Under the pieces are notes generated by a model. The model had not been told where the DNA came from and made no database searches. It saw nothing but the letters and a program-made list of their open reading frames with translations. A program made the translations under genes and the position numbers. DNA of 57,801 nucleotides. Source: a virus. Its lineage: Duplodnaviria > Caudoviricetes. Below, piece after piece: positions 1-9,074 of this stretch (the stretch's first letter is position 1; each line of letters opens with the position of its first letter). The stretch spans positions 1-57,801 of IMG/VR virus record IMGVR_UViG_3300028146_000012. One strand, given 5' to 3'.

Positions 1-201
1 TTGAGCATCTTTGAATTTCTTATCGGAAAATGCTCCTGTCTCATATATAATATGGCCATTTTCTAGCTTAATGAAAGTATCATTAACGCCTACGAGCGTG
101 CCCGCATAAATATAATTCATACAAAACACAGTAATTGTTTCGCCCATAAGAGCTACTAGTCCTTCTCCTGCTACTTCTTCTACCTTAACTAATTTTTTCA
201 T
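1..201 (-). CDS. Sm/LSm-fold-like small protein, truncated by the window edge
   Basis: Not in the ORF track. ATG at 201 after a GGAGG SD. Reads MKKLVKVEEVAGEGLVALMGETITVFCMNYIYAGTLVGVNDTFIKLENGHIIYETGAFSDKKFKDAQ; the L-x-G-x-x-I-x-V...Y-x-G-x-L-x-G pattern resembles the Sm1 motif. Confidence 0.55.
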   Translation of the reverse strand, partial: MKKLVKVEEVAGEGLVALMGETITVFCMNYIYAGTLVGVNDTFIKLENGHIIYETGAFSDKKFKDAQ

Positions 202-1213
202 CTGGCCTCCTATTTAAATTCAACTTTAAAGGCATCACTTCGTATTCGTCAAGTAAATACTTCTTTTGTGCGCTGTAGTGTCTCATAAGAAAACGGTGGC
301 TCCTATCCTTCAATATAATCACCTTGGCAGACTCTTTGTCTGGATAGTTTCTAACACTGCGGCCTACCTGCTGCATGAATTGACTTTTTGCTTTACCGCC
401 TCCAGCTATAATTACATATTCACATGGTTTTGTATCGATTCCCTCGCCAAGTATGCCAGTAGTGCCTATAAGTATCTTTATTTCTCCTGCATTGAAAGCT
501 CTTATATAGTCCCTGGATTCGTCGTCCTCGCCAGATACGAATGGAAAGCCAGTCATTTCCGCGAGTATCTTGCCGTGGATTACTTCTCTCACCAAGCACA
601 GCGCCGGCCTGTTTAGCCTGCCTAGCAGAGCGCCTATCATGAGATTCCTGATCTCATTATGGACTACTAGCTGGTCATAGACTTCGCGGTACGTAACTGC
701 GTCTGTATCTTGTTTAGGAATTTCTAGATAATAAGCCTCAATGGGGACTATATAATGATTTCTTATAGCAGCTCTGTAGCTAAGTTTATAGATGACCTGG
801 CCACATATCGCCTCAAATAATAAGGTCTCTTCTGCGTCGTTTCTAAAGGGAGTAGCGGTTAGCATAAACCTGTAATAGATGCCGTTCCAGTTATGCTTAT
901 TAAGCCTGTGGTACGTCTTGGCTGCGGCATGGTGTGCCTCATCAAGGATAAGGACAGAGAATTGCGCGGTGAGGCTGCTAAGGGCCCTAGAATCGATATT
1001 CTCAACTCGTACATTCTTCAATCCAGATAGTGTATATTGCATCTGGCGTTTGATCTCCAGAGTAGGAACTACCACTAGCGTAGGGAGATCCAAAGCCTCT
1101 ATAATAAGTCGCGCTACATGGCTTTTGCCTGTGCCCGTTGGCATTTCTATTATACCTCGATGATGCTTTAAGGCAGCGCTTACTGCTTTTAATTGATCAG
1201 GATAGGGCTTCAT
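185..1213 (-). CDS. Superfamily 2 DNA helicase, catalytic part (UvsW/Rad25-like)
   Basis: Q motif (PYPDQ), Walker A MPTGTGKS, DEAHH, motif III TAT, GEGIDT, QQVGRSVR. Confidence 0.92.
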   Translation of the reverse strand: MKPYPDQLKAVSAALKHHRGIIEMPTGTGKSHVARLIIEALDLPTLVVVPTLEIKRQMQYTLSGLKNVRVENIDSRALSSLTAQFSVLILDEAHHAAAKTYHRLNKHNWNGIYYRFMLTATPFRNDAEETLLFEAICGQVIYKLSYRAAIRNHYIVPIEAYYLEIPKQDTDAVTYREVYDQLVVHNEIRNLMIGALLGRLNRPALCLVREVIHGKILAEMTGFPFVSGEDDESRDYIRAFNAGEIKILIGTTGILGEGIDTKPCEYVIIAGGGKAKSQFMQQVGRSVRNYPDKESAKVIILKDRSHRFLMRHYSAQKKYLLDEYEVMPLKLNLNRRPDEKIS

Positions 1214-1424
1214 CGGGTATTCTGAATATAATGCGCTCTAGCCTAGAGCATTTAAACTCTTCGCTTTCCTTAAATATTTCAATCGGAAGACGCGTATCAT
1301 CTTTAGTTGCGGTGCCGGCTGAGTCATACACATAATTACAATAGGCTTTATTATCAACAATTCTATTAATTCTATATATGATAAGTCTGTCGCCTATCTT
1401 AAACCAGTACATTTTACCTATCAT
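1197..1424 (-). CDS. Small protein with C-terminal SRLERIIF tag, lying between the two helicase parts
   Basis: ATGA overlap with the upstream stop; FKIGD near the N-terminus; shared tag. Confidence 0.7.
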   Translation of the reverse strand: MIGKMYWFKIGDRLIIYRINRIVDNKAYCNYVYDSAGTATKDDTRLPIEIFKESEEFKCSRLERIIFRIPDEALS

Positions 1425-1681
1425 GGTTTTACTCGTAAGTCATTGATTTTATGTGATATTTTATTACTATCTAGCCAAAGAATTACTCTATTAAGCAATC
1501 CTGATGGGAAGCCGCCTTTCTTGTCTAAAAGGCTGCGCCTCTTCTGACCATACTTAGAGAAAAAGCTGCTCTTACCACCTACAATGTAGCTAAGCTCTGA
1601 TTTCAGTGCCTTTTCCTCGGCTGCATTAAGGCCTTGGATTTGGCTGTAGCTGTTATCGATAGTTACAGTAACGTTAGACAT
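1421..1681 (-). CDS. Probable N-terminal domain of the SF2 helicase, encoded as a separate ORF
   Basis: MSNVTVTIDNSYSQI...LSY...FPSGLLNRV...DLRVKP resembles the region preceding the Q motif in UvsW-like helicases. Start moved to the ATG at 1681, just downstream of a promoter. Confidence 0.65.
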   Translation of the reverse strand: MSNVTVTIDNSYSQIQGLNAAEEKALKSELSYIVGGKSSFFSKYGQKRRSLLDKKGGFPSGLLNRVILWLDSNKISHKINDLRVKP

Positions 1682-1686
1682 AACTA

Positions 1687-1715
1687 ACCATATCAAACTA
1701 TTTTCATTAAAACAA
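1687..1715 (-). promoter_or_regulatory. sigma70-type promoter with extended -10, probably leaderless
   Basis: TTGTTT-17-TATGGT with upstream TG; ATG 5 nt after the -10. Confidence 0.5.
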
Positions 1716-1834
1716 GAAATAACTCTTGACAAGCGAAAACCCATGCAGTACATCTAATGCATATGCGTTTGCATTTTTTTAATGTTTTTTGTCTCAAGTA
1801 CTGGATATGCTGCTGATAATGCTTAATGCAGTGC

Positions 1835-1863
1835 TTGATTTCTTAAAAAGCCTATGCTAAAAT
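1835..1863 (+). promoter_or_regulatory. sigma70-type promoter with extended -10, probably leaderless
   Basis: TTGATT-17-TAAAAT with TGn; ATG 1869 is 5 nt downstream, no SD. Confidence 0.65.
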
Positions 1864-1868
1864 GAACT

Positions 1869-2129
1869 ATGGAATTTAAAGTAGGACAACTATATCTCAC
1901 GCCAATGTCATCATCAATGTTCTATGAGAACTGTGTTGTAAGGATTACTGATGTGACAGACACTAGAATACAATATAAATATATTAGCAGCAAATATAGC
2001 AGCGTGCGCGGTATTAATTTAGATCATTCTCATTCAAAATCTATCGAGGTAGCAAAATGGCTTACCCTAATAGATACAAAACTAGAAAAAATTATTTATG
2101 GTGTTGACATTTCCTCGGAAGAAGAGTAA
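1869..2129 (+). CDS. Small protein (FKVG start) with TKLEKIIYGV tag
   Basis: ORF track; shared tag. Confidence 0.75.
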   Translation: MEFKVGQLYLTPMSSSMFYENCVVRITDVTDTRIQYKYISSKYSSVRGINLDHSHSKSIEVAKWLTLIDTKLEKIIYGVDISSEEE

Positions 2130-2132
2130 CCT
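2104..2132 (+). promoter_or_regulatory. sigma70-type promoter
   Basis: TTGACA-17-TAACCT. Confidence 0.5.
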
Positions 2133-2151
2133 AACTATATCTTCGTCGACC

Positions 2152-2181
2152 GCCCCGGGCGTCCCCATCCCGGGGCTTTTT
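2152..2181 (+). terminator. Rho-independent terminator-like hairpin
   Basis: GCCCCGGG / CCCGGGGC 8-bp stem followed by TTTTT. Confidence 0.7.
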
Positions 2182-2189
2182 GGAGGAAT

Positions 2190-2690
2190 ATGAAATTAGA
2201 TAGGACTATTCATATACGAGGAGAAATAACAGAAGATGCGTTCATCGCATTTCGCAAAAAAGTCCTTGCGCGCAGAAAAGAAAGTAAAAAGCCAGTCGAG
2301 GTGATACTTACGTCTGGTGGAGGAGATGCCTATGCCGCTCTTGCATTCCATGACTTCATTTCTCATCTGGATGTTGATATTCATATACATGCCACTGGGC
2401 TGGTCGCTAGTGCTGCTGTTCTTATCCTTGCTGCTGGCCATCGTCGCACTATGAGTGCTAATAGTTGGGTTATGTGTCATGAAGACCAGCCTACCTACGA
2501 AGCCGAGGCTCGAGTAACCCAGCTAGAAAGAGATGTAGCACATTCCAGGCGGCTTGAAAACCAATGGAATGATTTACTTGCTTTCAGCACCAACGCGAGT
2601 AAGACTAAATGGGAAGACATACATAAGATAGAGACTTATCTTAATGCTAGGGATTGCCAAGCACTAGGACTTATCGATGATATCATTTAA
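2190..2690 (+). CDS. clpP: ClpP-family serine protease
   Basis: I-x-GEI, SGGGD, VASAA (catalytic Ser), MCHE (His), ETYLNA...LGLIDDII; GGAGG SD. Confidence 0.88.
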   Translation: MKLDRTIHIRGEITEDAFIAFRKKVLARRKESKKPVEVILTSGGGDAYAALAFHDFISHLDVDIHIHATGLVASAAVLILAAGHRRTMSANSWVMCHEDQPTYEAEARVTQLERDVAHSRRLENQWNDLLAFSTNASKTKWEDIHKIETYLNARDCQALGLIDDII

Positions 2691-2892
2691 AATCGGCGAT
2701 ATAGCAGTGTGTAATTGCGGTAGATGCGATTACAATATCTTAAAAATTTATGCTATCATAGACCAAGAAGTAATTGCTGATGAATTATTGGGCTATAAAA
2801 GGCGCCGCGGATCTTTCGACATATCATTATTAGAGCCCGCAAACTTATCGAAATTAGAAAAAATTATTTATGGAGTCTACGATGCCGAGTAG
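2677..2892 (+). CDS. Small protein (FKIGD start) with SKLEKIIYGV tag
   Basis: ORF track; shared tag. Confidence 0.7.
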   Translation: MISFKIGDIAVCNCGRCDYNILKIYAIIDQEVIADELLGYKRRRGSFDISLLEPANLSKLEKIIYGVYDAE

Positions 2893-3307
2893 ACTAACAA
2901 TACTCACCGCAATACTAATAGCAGTATTGTTCTTTGCGCTAGGACAGTTCACGGCGCGCTCTAAAACGACTACAGCGGACAAAAAAGTCGATGAAGTAAA
3001 AAACGTTAGTACGAAACAAAATGAAACCATCACTGAAGTCAAAAAGCCAGATGGTACCGTAACAACAGTCACTACTATAAATACAACGCAAGACACTATC
3101 GACAAAGTAGACACTCGCGTCTTAATGAAGATCGCGCCAGTACAGCCTAAATACAACGTGTCACTACTCGCAGTTACGACTATCCACAACCCATTTGCAG
3201 CGCCGTCTTATGGGCTAAGTATATCAAAAGAGTTCATCGGACTGAGAGTCAGTACGTTCGGACTAACTAATGGTACGTTTGGCGTCGGAATTGGTGTTGA
3301 TTTTTAA
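2882..3307 (+). CDS. Membrane-anchored or exported protein with C-terminal beta strands ending in Phe
   Basis: N-terminal hydrophobic helix, Thr/Lys-rich linker, C-terminus TFGVGIGVDF; GGAG SD before ATG 2882. Confidence 0.6.
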   Translation: MPSRLTILTAILIAVLFFALGQFTARSKTTTADKKVDEVKNVSTKQNETITEVKKPDGTVTTVTTINTTQDTIDKVDTRVLMKIAPVQPKYNVSLLAVTTIHNPFAAPSYGLSISKEFIGLRVSTFGLTNGTFGVGIGVDF

Positions 3308-3549
3308 TGGCAAAATACGATAACTTCGTTATAGTGTTAGATGACCCTAGAGACGCGGACTACTTAGAAATAGGTATGTACATAGTTTGGATAGATCGCA
3401 GGGAAGGTGCGATAGGATTTTCAGATATCAGTAATAACCCTATGTCAGTTACATGGCATAAATTTATATGGAAGTGCAGAAAAACTCTGCGAAAGGCATT
3501 TAGATGGATTACAAAGCCCTGGAACAAAAAATCATTAACTCATACGTAG
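3307..3549 (+). CDS. Hypothetical protein
   Basis: Coupled ORF (TAATG). Confidence 0.55.
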   Translation: MAKYDNFVIVLDDPRDADYLEIGMYIVWIDRREGAIGFSDISNNPMSVTWHKFIWKCRKTLRKAFRWITKPWNKKSLTHT

Positions 3550-3893
3550 AAGGCGTTACAACACAACAAGCCGAGAATCTAGCCGGTGAGTTCCTTGAGG
3601 CTCAGATTAAGGCTTCTGAAGAGCTCAAACAGCTCGACCTAAATGCACGACTACTTAAATCTCTAGTAAAACAAACCAGAGCAGAAGTCTTCGTTAGAGA
3701 GGCTACTACGCCAGAGAAGAAGCCATCCGATACACTACTTACGGCGCTAGTTGACAAAGATTTGAAAGTATCTGCTGAACAAGGTGCATTTGATGAAGCC
3801 GAAGTAGATAGAGATGAACTTTACAGGATGTTTTCTATATTCCAGAATGCCCATCTACATTTCCGCGCTATAGCGAAAGGCAAGTTTGAGTGA
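3504..3893 (+). CDS. Helical protein, possibly a UvsY-like recombination mediator
   Basis: All-alpha/coiled-coil character, 129 aa, coupled directly to recA; function inferred from context. Confidence 0.45.
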   Translation: MDYKALEQKIINSYVEGVTTQQAENLAGEFLEAQIKASEELKQLDLNARLLKSLVKQTRAEVFVREATTPEKKPSDTLLTALVDKDLKVSAEQGAFDEAEVDRDELYRMFSIFQNAHLHFRAIAKGKFE

Positions 3894-4786
3894 AATTTGA
3901 TATAAACACTATTATAGCTGAAGTTCAAGAGCATTATAAAAAAGATAAAAAAGCGCAAGATATGGTCGTTAGCGGAAATGCTTTAAAAAAAGTATATACA
4001 GAGAGGGACGGTATACCGCTGCACGAAAGTAGTATTATAGCAAATATGTTAGAAATACCATGCGTGCCTTATAATAAAATAATACAGCTCGCTGGTGATT
4101 CTGATGTTGGTAAGTCGACGGAAGCAAGTCAGGTTATGGCATCAGCACAGAAATCAGATCATTTAGTTATATGTGAAGACACTGAAGATAAATTTGATTC
4201 CAATAGATACGACACAAGATTTGGCGGAGATTCTAAAAGTACAGTTTTAATAAAAACTAACGAAATTCTACAAGGCGGCGAAAAAATACGCAAAACTGTT
4301 ATAGCGACTAAAACTAAATATCCAGACACTAAAATTTTAATTGTTATAGATTCTGTAGGAGGCGGGCAGTCTAGAGCACATGCCGAATTAGAATTGGATA
4401 GCGAAAAGCATGCCCAGCCAGGCCAGGACGCTAAAGAAAATAGCCGATTAATGAAAATGTTAGTGGCGTTGATAAACAAGTATCCTGATTCAATAGCTAT
4501 ACTATTGGTAAATCAAGTGTATACAAAAATGGGATTCATGCAACACGGGGATCAAGAAAACGGAGGTAAAAAAGTATACTTCCATTCTTCTGCTATTATA
4601 AGACTTAAGCGAATAAAAGTATTAACAAAAGTAATTAAAGGCCGAAAGAAAAAGTATGGTATTATAACAAAAGCCGTGGTTACTAAAAATCATTTAAGTC
4701 AGACAGATATGTCAATACACGAACTAGATTTTGAAATAACAGCTAATGGAGTAGGAATAAGTGCTGAACAATCAGATTCTGACTAA
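3890..4786 (+). CDS. recA: RecA/UvsX-family recombinase
   Basis: Walker A AGDSDVGKST, DTEDKFD, Walker B ILIVIDSVG, LLVNQ, ENGGK, KNHL. Confidence 0.88.
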   Translation: MKFDINTIIAEVQEHYKKDKKAQDMVVSGNALKKVYTERDGIPLHESSIIANMLEIPCVPYNKIIQLAGDSDVGKSTEASQVMASAQKSDHLVICEDTEDKFDSNRYDTRFGGDSKSTVLIKTNEILQGGEKIRKTVIATKTKYPDTKILIVIDSVGGGQSRAHAELELDSEKHAQPGQDAKENSRLMKMLVALINKYPDSIAILLVNQVYTKMGFMQHGDQENGGKKVYFHSSAIIRLKRIKVLTKVIKGRKKKYGIITKAVVTKNHLSQTDMSIHELDFEITANGVGISAEQSDSD

Positions 4787-5306
4787 AAAATGCTGCCGAT
4801 GTAAGTTTATTAAAGCATTAGACTGCTTTAATTTTGCCGCTCGCGGTCTTTATAAGAAGCATACAATATGCAAAAAATGCAAGGCCTTGTATATGAGAGA
4901 CTATGCAAAAAGCGGTAAATTAAAAGTGAGTGTTGAAAAATATAAGGCCTCTGATAAAGGACAGAAAAAGATTAAAGACTATAGACGATCAGATAGGAAT
5001 AAAGAACTACAAAGGGAGTATTGTCAATCCCCGAAAGGGGCGCTGTGTAGAGTAAATAGATTAGCAAAGTATCGAGCGCATAAAACAAACGCATTGCCTT
5101 CTTGGGCAGATGAAAAAGAAATACGGCTAATATATAAAAACTGTCCTGCCGGACTCGAAGTAGATCATATTATACCGCTGCAAGGTGAGCTAATAAGCGG
5201 ATTGCACGTGCCATGGAATATGCAATATTTAACACGCAGCGAAAACGCCAGGAAATCTAATTCGTTTGATGGTACGTACGATAACAATGGATGGCGCAAT
5301 GAGTAA
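4761..5306 (+). CDS. Free-standing HNH homing endonuclease
   Basis: N-terminal CxxC...CxxC; EVDHIIPLQG...GLHVPWNMQYLTRSENARKSN. Confidence 0.88.
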   Translation: MLNNQILTKKCCRCKFIKALDCFNFAARGLYKKHTICKKCKALYMRDYAKSGKLKVSVEKYKASDKGQKKIKDYRRSDRNKELQREYCQSPKGALCRVNRLAKYRAHKTNALPSWADEKEIRLIYKNCPAGLEVDHIIPLQGELISGLHVPWNMQYLTRSENARKSNSFDGTYDNNGWRNE

Positions 5307-6339
5307 GCCAATCGCAGTCTTGATATCCGATATTCACTATAATCTCAATACGCTTTCACTAGCAGACGCGGCAATGCGGCAAGCAATCGCTAAATCAAAC
5401 AAGTTACAAATACCGCTAGTAGTAGCCGGAGATTTGCATGACTCAAAAGCTAATCTGCGCGCAGAATGCATAAATACAATGATTGAGACGTTTAAACTTT
5501 GTAAGCAAAGATGCTATGTAATGATCGGAAATCATGACAAAATAAATGAAAAAAGCGAGACTCACGCACTTAATTTCCTGGGTCCTGAAGCTACTAATGC
5601 GGCCAATAATCCACAGTATGAGAAAGTAGTACTGGTCAATAAAAGGTTTTATATACCAGGGCTTGCTACGTTGATTCCCTATCAGCATGATTTAAATGAA
5701 TTGCGAAGTCAATTAAAGACTGCGCTTACGGACGATACGATTATAATGCATCAAGGATTGGCAGGCACTGATTCAGGCGAATATATTCAAGATAAGACAG
5801 CTATAACACTGAATGATGTAGCGGGACTGCGTATAATTAGTGGACATTATCATGCAAGACAGACAATCGACCTCACTAGAGGCGGTAAGTGGGATTATAT
5901 TGGAAATCCGTACACATTGAATTTCGCAGAATCGAATGATCCAGAGAAAGGCTTCCAAATCTTGTACAATGACGGCAGCCTTGAATTCGTGCCGACTAAT
6001 CTCAGAAAACATATCGTATTAAACTGTCAAATAGGCTATTCAAGAGAAGGCGGCGCGGTATTGATTCCAGACGAAAGCATAGCGTTTAATGATAAAAATA
6101 TTCTATGGGTAAAAATGACTGGAACAAAGGAAGAACTTGCTGACTGGCCTAAAGAGCGCATAAGCAGAGTTATAATGCATAAAAACTTTAAACTCGATTT
6201 AATCCCTACAGACGAGGTATGTCAGCCTAAACCCGCACATAATCTAACACTGCCCCAGCAACTCGATGAAATCATTGATAAATTACAAGTAGCTACAGAT
6301 AGAAAGCAGAAGCTTAAAGAGTTGTGGAAGGAGCTATGA
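5299..6339 (+). CDS. sbcD: SbcD/Mre11/gp47-like nuclease
   Basis: SDIH, AGDLHD, GNHD, MHQ, SGHYH, YIGNP; adjacent to an SMC ATPase. Confidence 0.88.
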   Translation: MSKPIAVLISDIHYNLNTLSLADAAMRQAIAKSNKLQIPLVVAGDLHDSKANLRAECINTMIETFKLCKQRCYVMIGNHDKINEKSETHALNFLGPEATNAANNPQYEKVVLVNKRFYIPGLATLIPYQHDLNELRSQLKTALTDDTIIMHQGLAGTDSGEYIQDKTAITLNDVAGLRIISGHYHARQTIDLTRGGKWDYIGNPYTLNFAESNDPEKGFQILYNDGSLEFVPTNLRKHIVLNCQIGYSREGGAVLIPDESIAFNDKNILWVKMTGTKEELADWPKERISRVIMHKNFKLDLIPTDEVCQPKPAHNLTLPQQLDEIIDKLQVATDRKQKLKELWKEL

Positions 6340-7961
6340 AAATCCTAAGCGTGTATGCAGAGAATTTTGCTAGTTACGAAAAACTGGAATTCTCCTTTGA
6401 TGACAAAGGTTTAGTGCTCATACATGGCGCTACAGGCAGCGGCAAGAGCACACTTTGCGATGTAATCCCTTGGATTCTATTCGGTATTACAGCAAAGAAT
6501 GGTAAAGCAGATGATGTAATTAGCTGGAATGGCGGCAATACACATGGAATGCTTGTCGTACGGGCTGGCGATAAAGATATGTGTATAAAAAGGCATCGTG
6601 GCAATAATAACGATTTAGCTTACTGGATTCTAAATGATGACATAGATGCCAACATAGCTGTAAAAAGAGGAAAGGATATCAACGATACGCAGAAGTTTAT
6701 AAATCAATTCTTAGGCCTTGACGCTGATCTCTATCTAGCAGGAGCGTACTTCCACGAATTCAGTCAAACAGCACAGTTCTTTACCACAACAGCTAAGAAC
6801 CGCAGAGAGATTACAGAGCAGCTAGTAGACTTAAGTCTACCAACGAAACTCCAAGAAAAAATCAAAGATCAAACAAAGATAAACACCATTGAAATCAATA
6901 CCCTGAACAACAATTTATTTACATTAAACGCTAAACTAGAGTTACTACAGGAATCCGCTAAAGAAGCCAAAAACAGTAATGCAATCTGGGCGCATGAACA
7001 GAGTAATCGCATATCAACAATAGAAATGAAGCGAGATACATTTGAAATCACTAGATCCCATAAAGTAAAGGCTGTAGAAGCAGAATTAGACACAATTAAG
7101 TTCAATCCTCCTATTACTTATGATATAGAACTACAAAAACTCCAGAAATCTATTCCTCCTGAATCTGTGCCGTGCGAGACATGTGGCATGCCTAAAGCTA
7201 ATGCTGAAAGACAAGAAATACTTAATGAAATTGCTGAATTGAAGCTCCAGAAACAAAATAATTCTATGCAACTGAAATCCCATCATGACCTCACAGTTAA
7301 ACTAAACGAAATTAAAGACCAAGAAAACCCATATGAAAATCAGTTAATTGAAGTCAAACACCAAGTAAACCCCCATTCCGATATACTTACAAGACTAAGC
7401 AGAGACATAAGCAAAAACAATGCATTACTAGATAATGCGATTAAAACAGAAAAAGAATTAAAGGACTCCCAACTAAATCTAGAATTACTTAGCGATGCAG
7501 TAATGATGTTTCGATCAGAACTAGTTAGAACTACAGTGAAATACTTAGAAGCTACGACAGTATCGCATTTAAGAGACTTCTTTGAAGGGGAAATCACAGT
7601 AGAGCTCGATATTCAAGACCGCGATAAGCTAGATATATCAATACGGAAAAACGGAAATGAGTGCAGCTATACGCAGCTCAGTAAAGGTCAGCGTCAGATG
7701 CTGAAGTTGTGTTTTGGGGCGGCGGTTATGGAATGCATACAACGGCATCATGCCCTCGAATTCAATCAGTTGTTTTTCGATGAGGCACTAGACGGCTTAG
7801 ACGATACGAATAAACTTCGTGCAGTTAAAATGCTAGAGACTTTGGCGTCTCGCCGTGATACAGTATACCTTGTTGAGCATTCAGAAGGCGTTAAGGCGCA
7901 TATAGATCAGAAATACTTCGTGGAGCTCATAGACGGGAAAAGTATAGTATGCCTAGCTTAA
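6336..7961 (+). CDS. sbcC: SbcC/Rad50/gp46-like SMC ATPase
   Basis: ENFASY, GATGSGKST, coiled coil with CETC zinc hook, LSKGQ signature, FFDEALDGLD, LVEH. Confidence 0.92.
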   Translation: MKILSVYAENFASYEKLEFSFDDKGLVLIHGATGSGKSTLCDVIPWILFGITAKNGKADDVISWNGGNTHGMLVVRAGDKDMCIKRHRGNNNDLAYWILNDDIDANIAVKRGKDINDTQKFINQFLGLDADLYLAGAYFHEFSQTAQFFTTTAKNRREITEQLVDLSLPTKLQEKIKDQTKINTIEINTLNNNLFTLNAKLELLQESAKEAKNSNAIWAHEQSNRISTIEMKRDTFEITRSHKVKAVEAELDTIKFNPPITYDIELQKLQKSIPPESVPCETCGMPKANAERQEILNEIAELKLQKQNNSMQLKSHHDLTVKLNEIKDQENPYENQLIEVKHQVNPHSDILTRLSRDISKNNALLDNAIKTEKELKDSQLNLELLSDAVMMFRSELVRTTVKYLEATTVSHLRDFFEGEITVELDIQDRDKLDISIRKNGNECSYTQLSKGQRQMLKLCFGAAVMECIQRHHALEFNQLFFDEALDGLDDTNKLRAVKMLETLASRRDTVYLVEHSEGVKAHIDQKYFVELIDGKSIVCLA

Positions 7962-8218
7962 GTAAACTTTTTACGCGCAAGCAAATCGACGCTATGCGCG
8001 AAGAGTTAATCGCTAAGCACGGCGATAAATGCGCGATATGCGGCAAGCTATCATCAGAATTTAAGAAACGACTTAGCGTTGACCATAATCATCGCACTGG
8101 CCAAATACGCGGCCTCCTCTGCTTCAAATGTAATAAATTCCTTGTAGGACGCCACAGTCTTACTTCGGCTTGGCAAGTCTATGACTATCTATTGAAATTT
8201 GACCCTAAAGGCGGATAA
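7949..8218 (+). CDS. Endonuclease VII-like protein (possible Holliday junction resolvase)
   Basis: CAICG...LSVDHNHRTGQIRGLLCFKCN. Confidence 0.85.
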   Translation: MPSLSKLFTRKQIDAMREELIAKHGDKCAICGKLSSEFKKRLSVDHNHRTGQIRGLLCFKCNKFLVGRHSLTSAWQVYDYLLKFDPKGG

Positions 8219-8330
8219 GTGAATAAAAAGAAAAAACTTAAAAAATCAAAATGCAGACATAAATATGAGCGGTACGCTGATTATATGGGAACTTATTATA
8301 TCTGTAAAAAGTGCAATAAATGGGAAGACA

Positions 8331-9026
8331 ATGAAAAAAGTCTATAAAAAGATACTCGTACTACCAGACGCACATGCCCCTTGGGTTAACTGGCAAGCCT
8401 TAAAACAGGCCTACCGCTGGCGTCTCAAGCACAAGCCGGACCTAGTGGTCTGCCTTGGTGACATCACAGACCAAAAGATATGGTCTAATTGGCCGAAAGA
8501 CACTGACGACGTAAGCCCTAGTGACGAATTCATCCAAGCCGAGAAGTGTCTCAAAAAGCTACATAAATGGTTTCCTAAGATGACGATTATACGCGGTAAT
8601 CATGATACCAGGATACTTAGAAAGGCAGTAGAGGCCGGCGTACCATCTCAAATGTTTAGAGACGTAGACGAGGTATTCGCATTCAAGGGCTGGACCTGGA
8701 TAAAGCAAAACAAGAAGCTTGTAATAGATACTATACGCGGCCCTATATTATTCGTGCACGGCGATGAGCAAGGTGGCACCGTAGCGCAGAAGTCTAGAAT
8801 CCTAGGAATGTCAGTCATTCAGGGGCATACCCACAAAACCAGCATTACATACACAAGCACGCTTAAAGGCACTATATTCGGCGCTGAAATGGGGTGCATA
8901 ATGGACACGGAATCTAAGGCCGCTAAATACGCAGCCGCTAACCCTGTAGGCTCTAGTGTAGGATTTGGTGTGGTGAAATACGGCGTGCCTTATTTCATCG
9001 ACTACGTAGAAGGCATGAAAGTCTAA
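8331..9026 (+). CDS. Calcineurin-like metallophosphoesterase
   Basis: PDAHAP, LGDITD, GNHD, VHG, QGHTH, GC motifs. Confidence 0.85.
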   Translation: MKKVYKKILVLPDAHAPWVNWQALKQAYRWRLKHKPDLVVCLGDITDQKIWSNWPKDTDDVSPSDEFIQAEKCLKKLHKWFPKMTIIRGNHDTRILRKAVEAGVPSQMFRDVDEVFAFKGWTWIKQNKKLVIDTIRGPILFVHGDEQGGTVAQKSRILGMSVIQGHTHKTSITYTSTLKGTIFGAEMGCIMDTESKAAKYAAANPVGSSVGFGVVKYGVPYFIDYVEGMKV

Positions 9027-9039
9027 TTATGAGACGACT

Positions 9040-9068
9040 TTGACAGGCCGATTCTAGCCTGTTATACT
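9040..9068 (+). promoter_or_regulatory. sigma70-type promoter with extended -10, probably leaderless
   Basis: TTGACA-17-TATACT with TGn; ATG 9075 is 6 nt downstream. Confidence 0.75.
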
Positions 9069-9074
9069 AGGTTC

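Noticed and set aside
1197-1424. Group I intron or intein interrupting the helicase
   Set aside because: No U.G P1, no P7, and no Cys/Ser...His-Asn intein ends; the insert is a coupled ORF with the shared tag.
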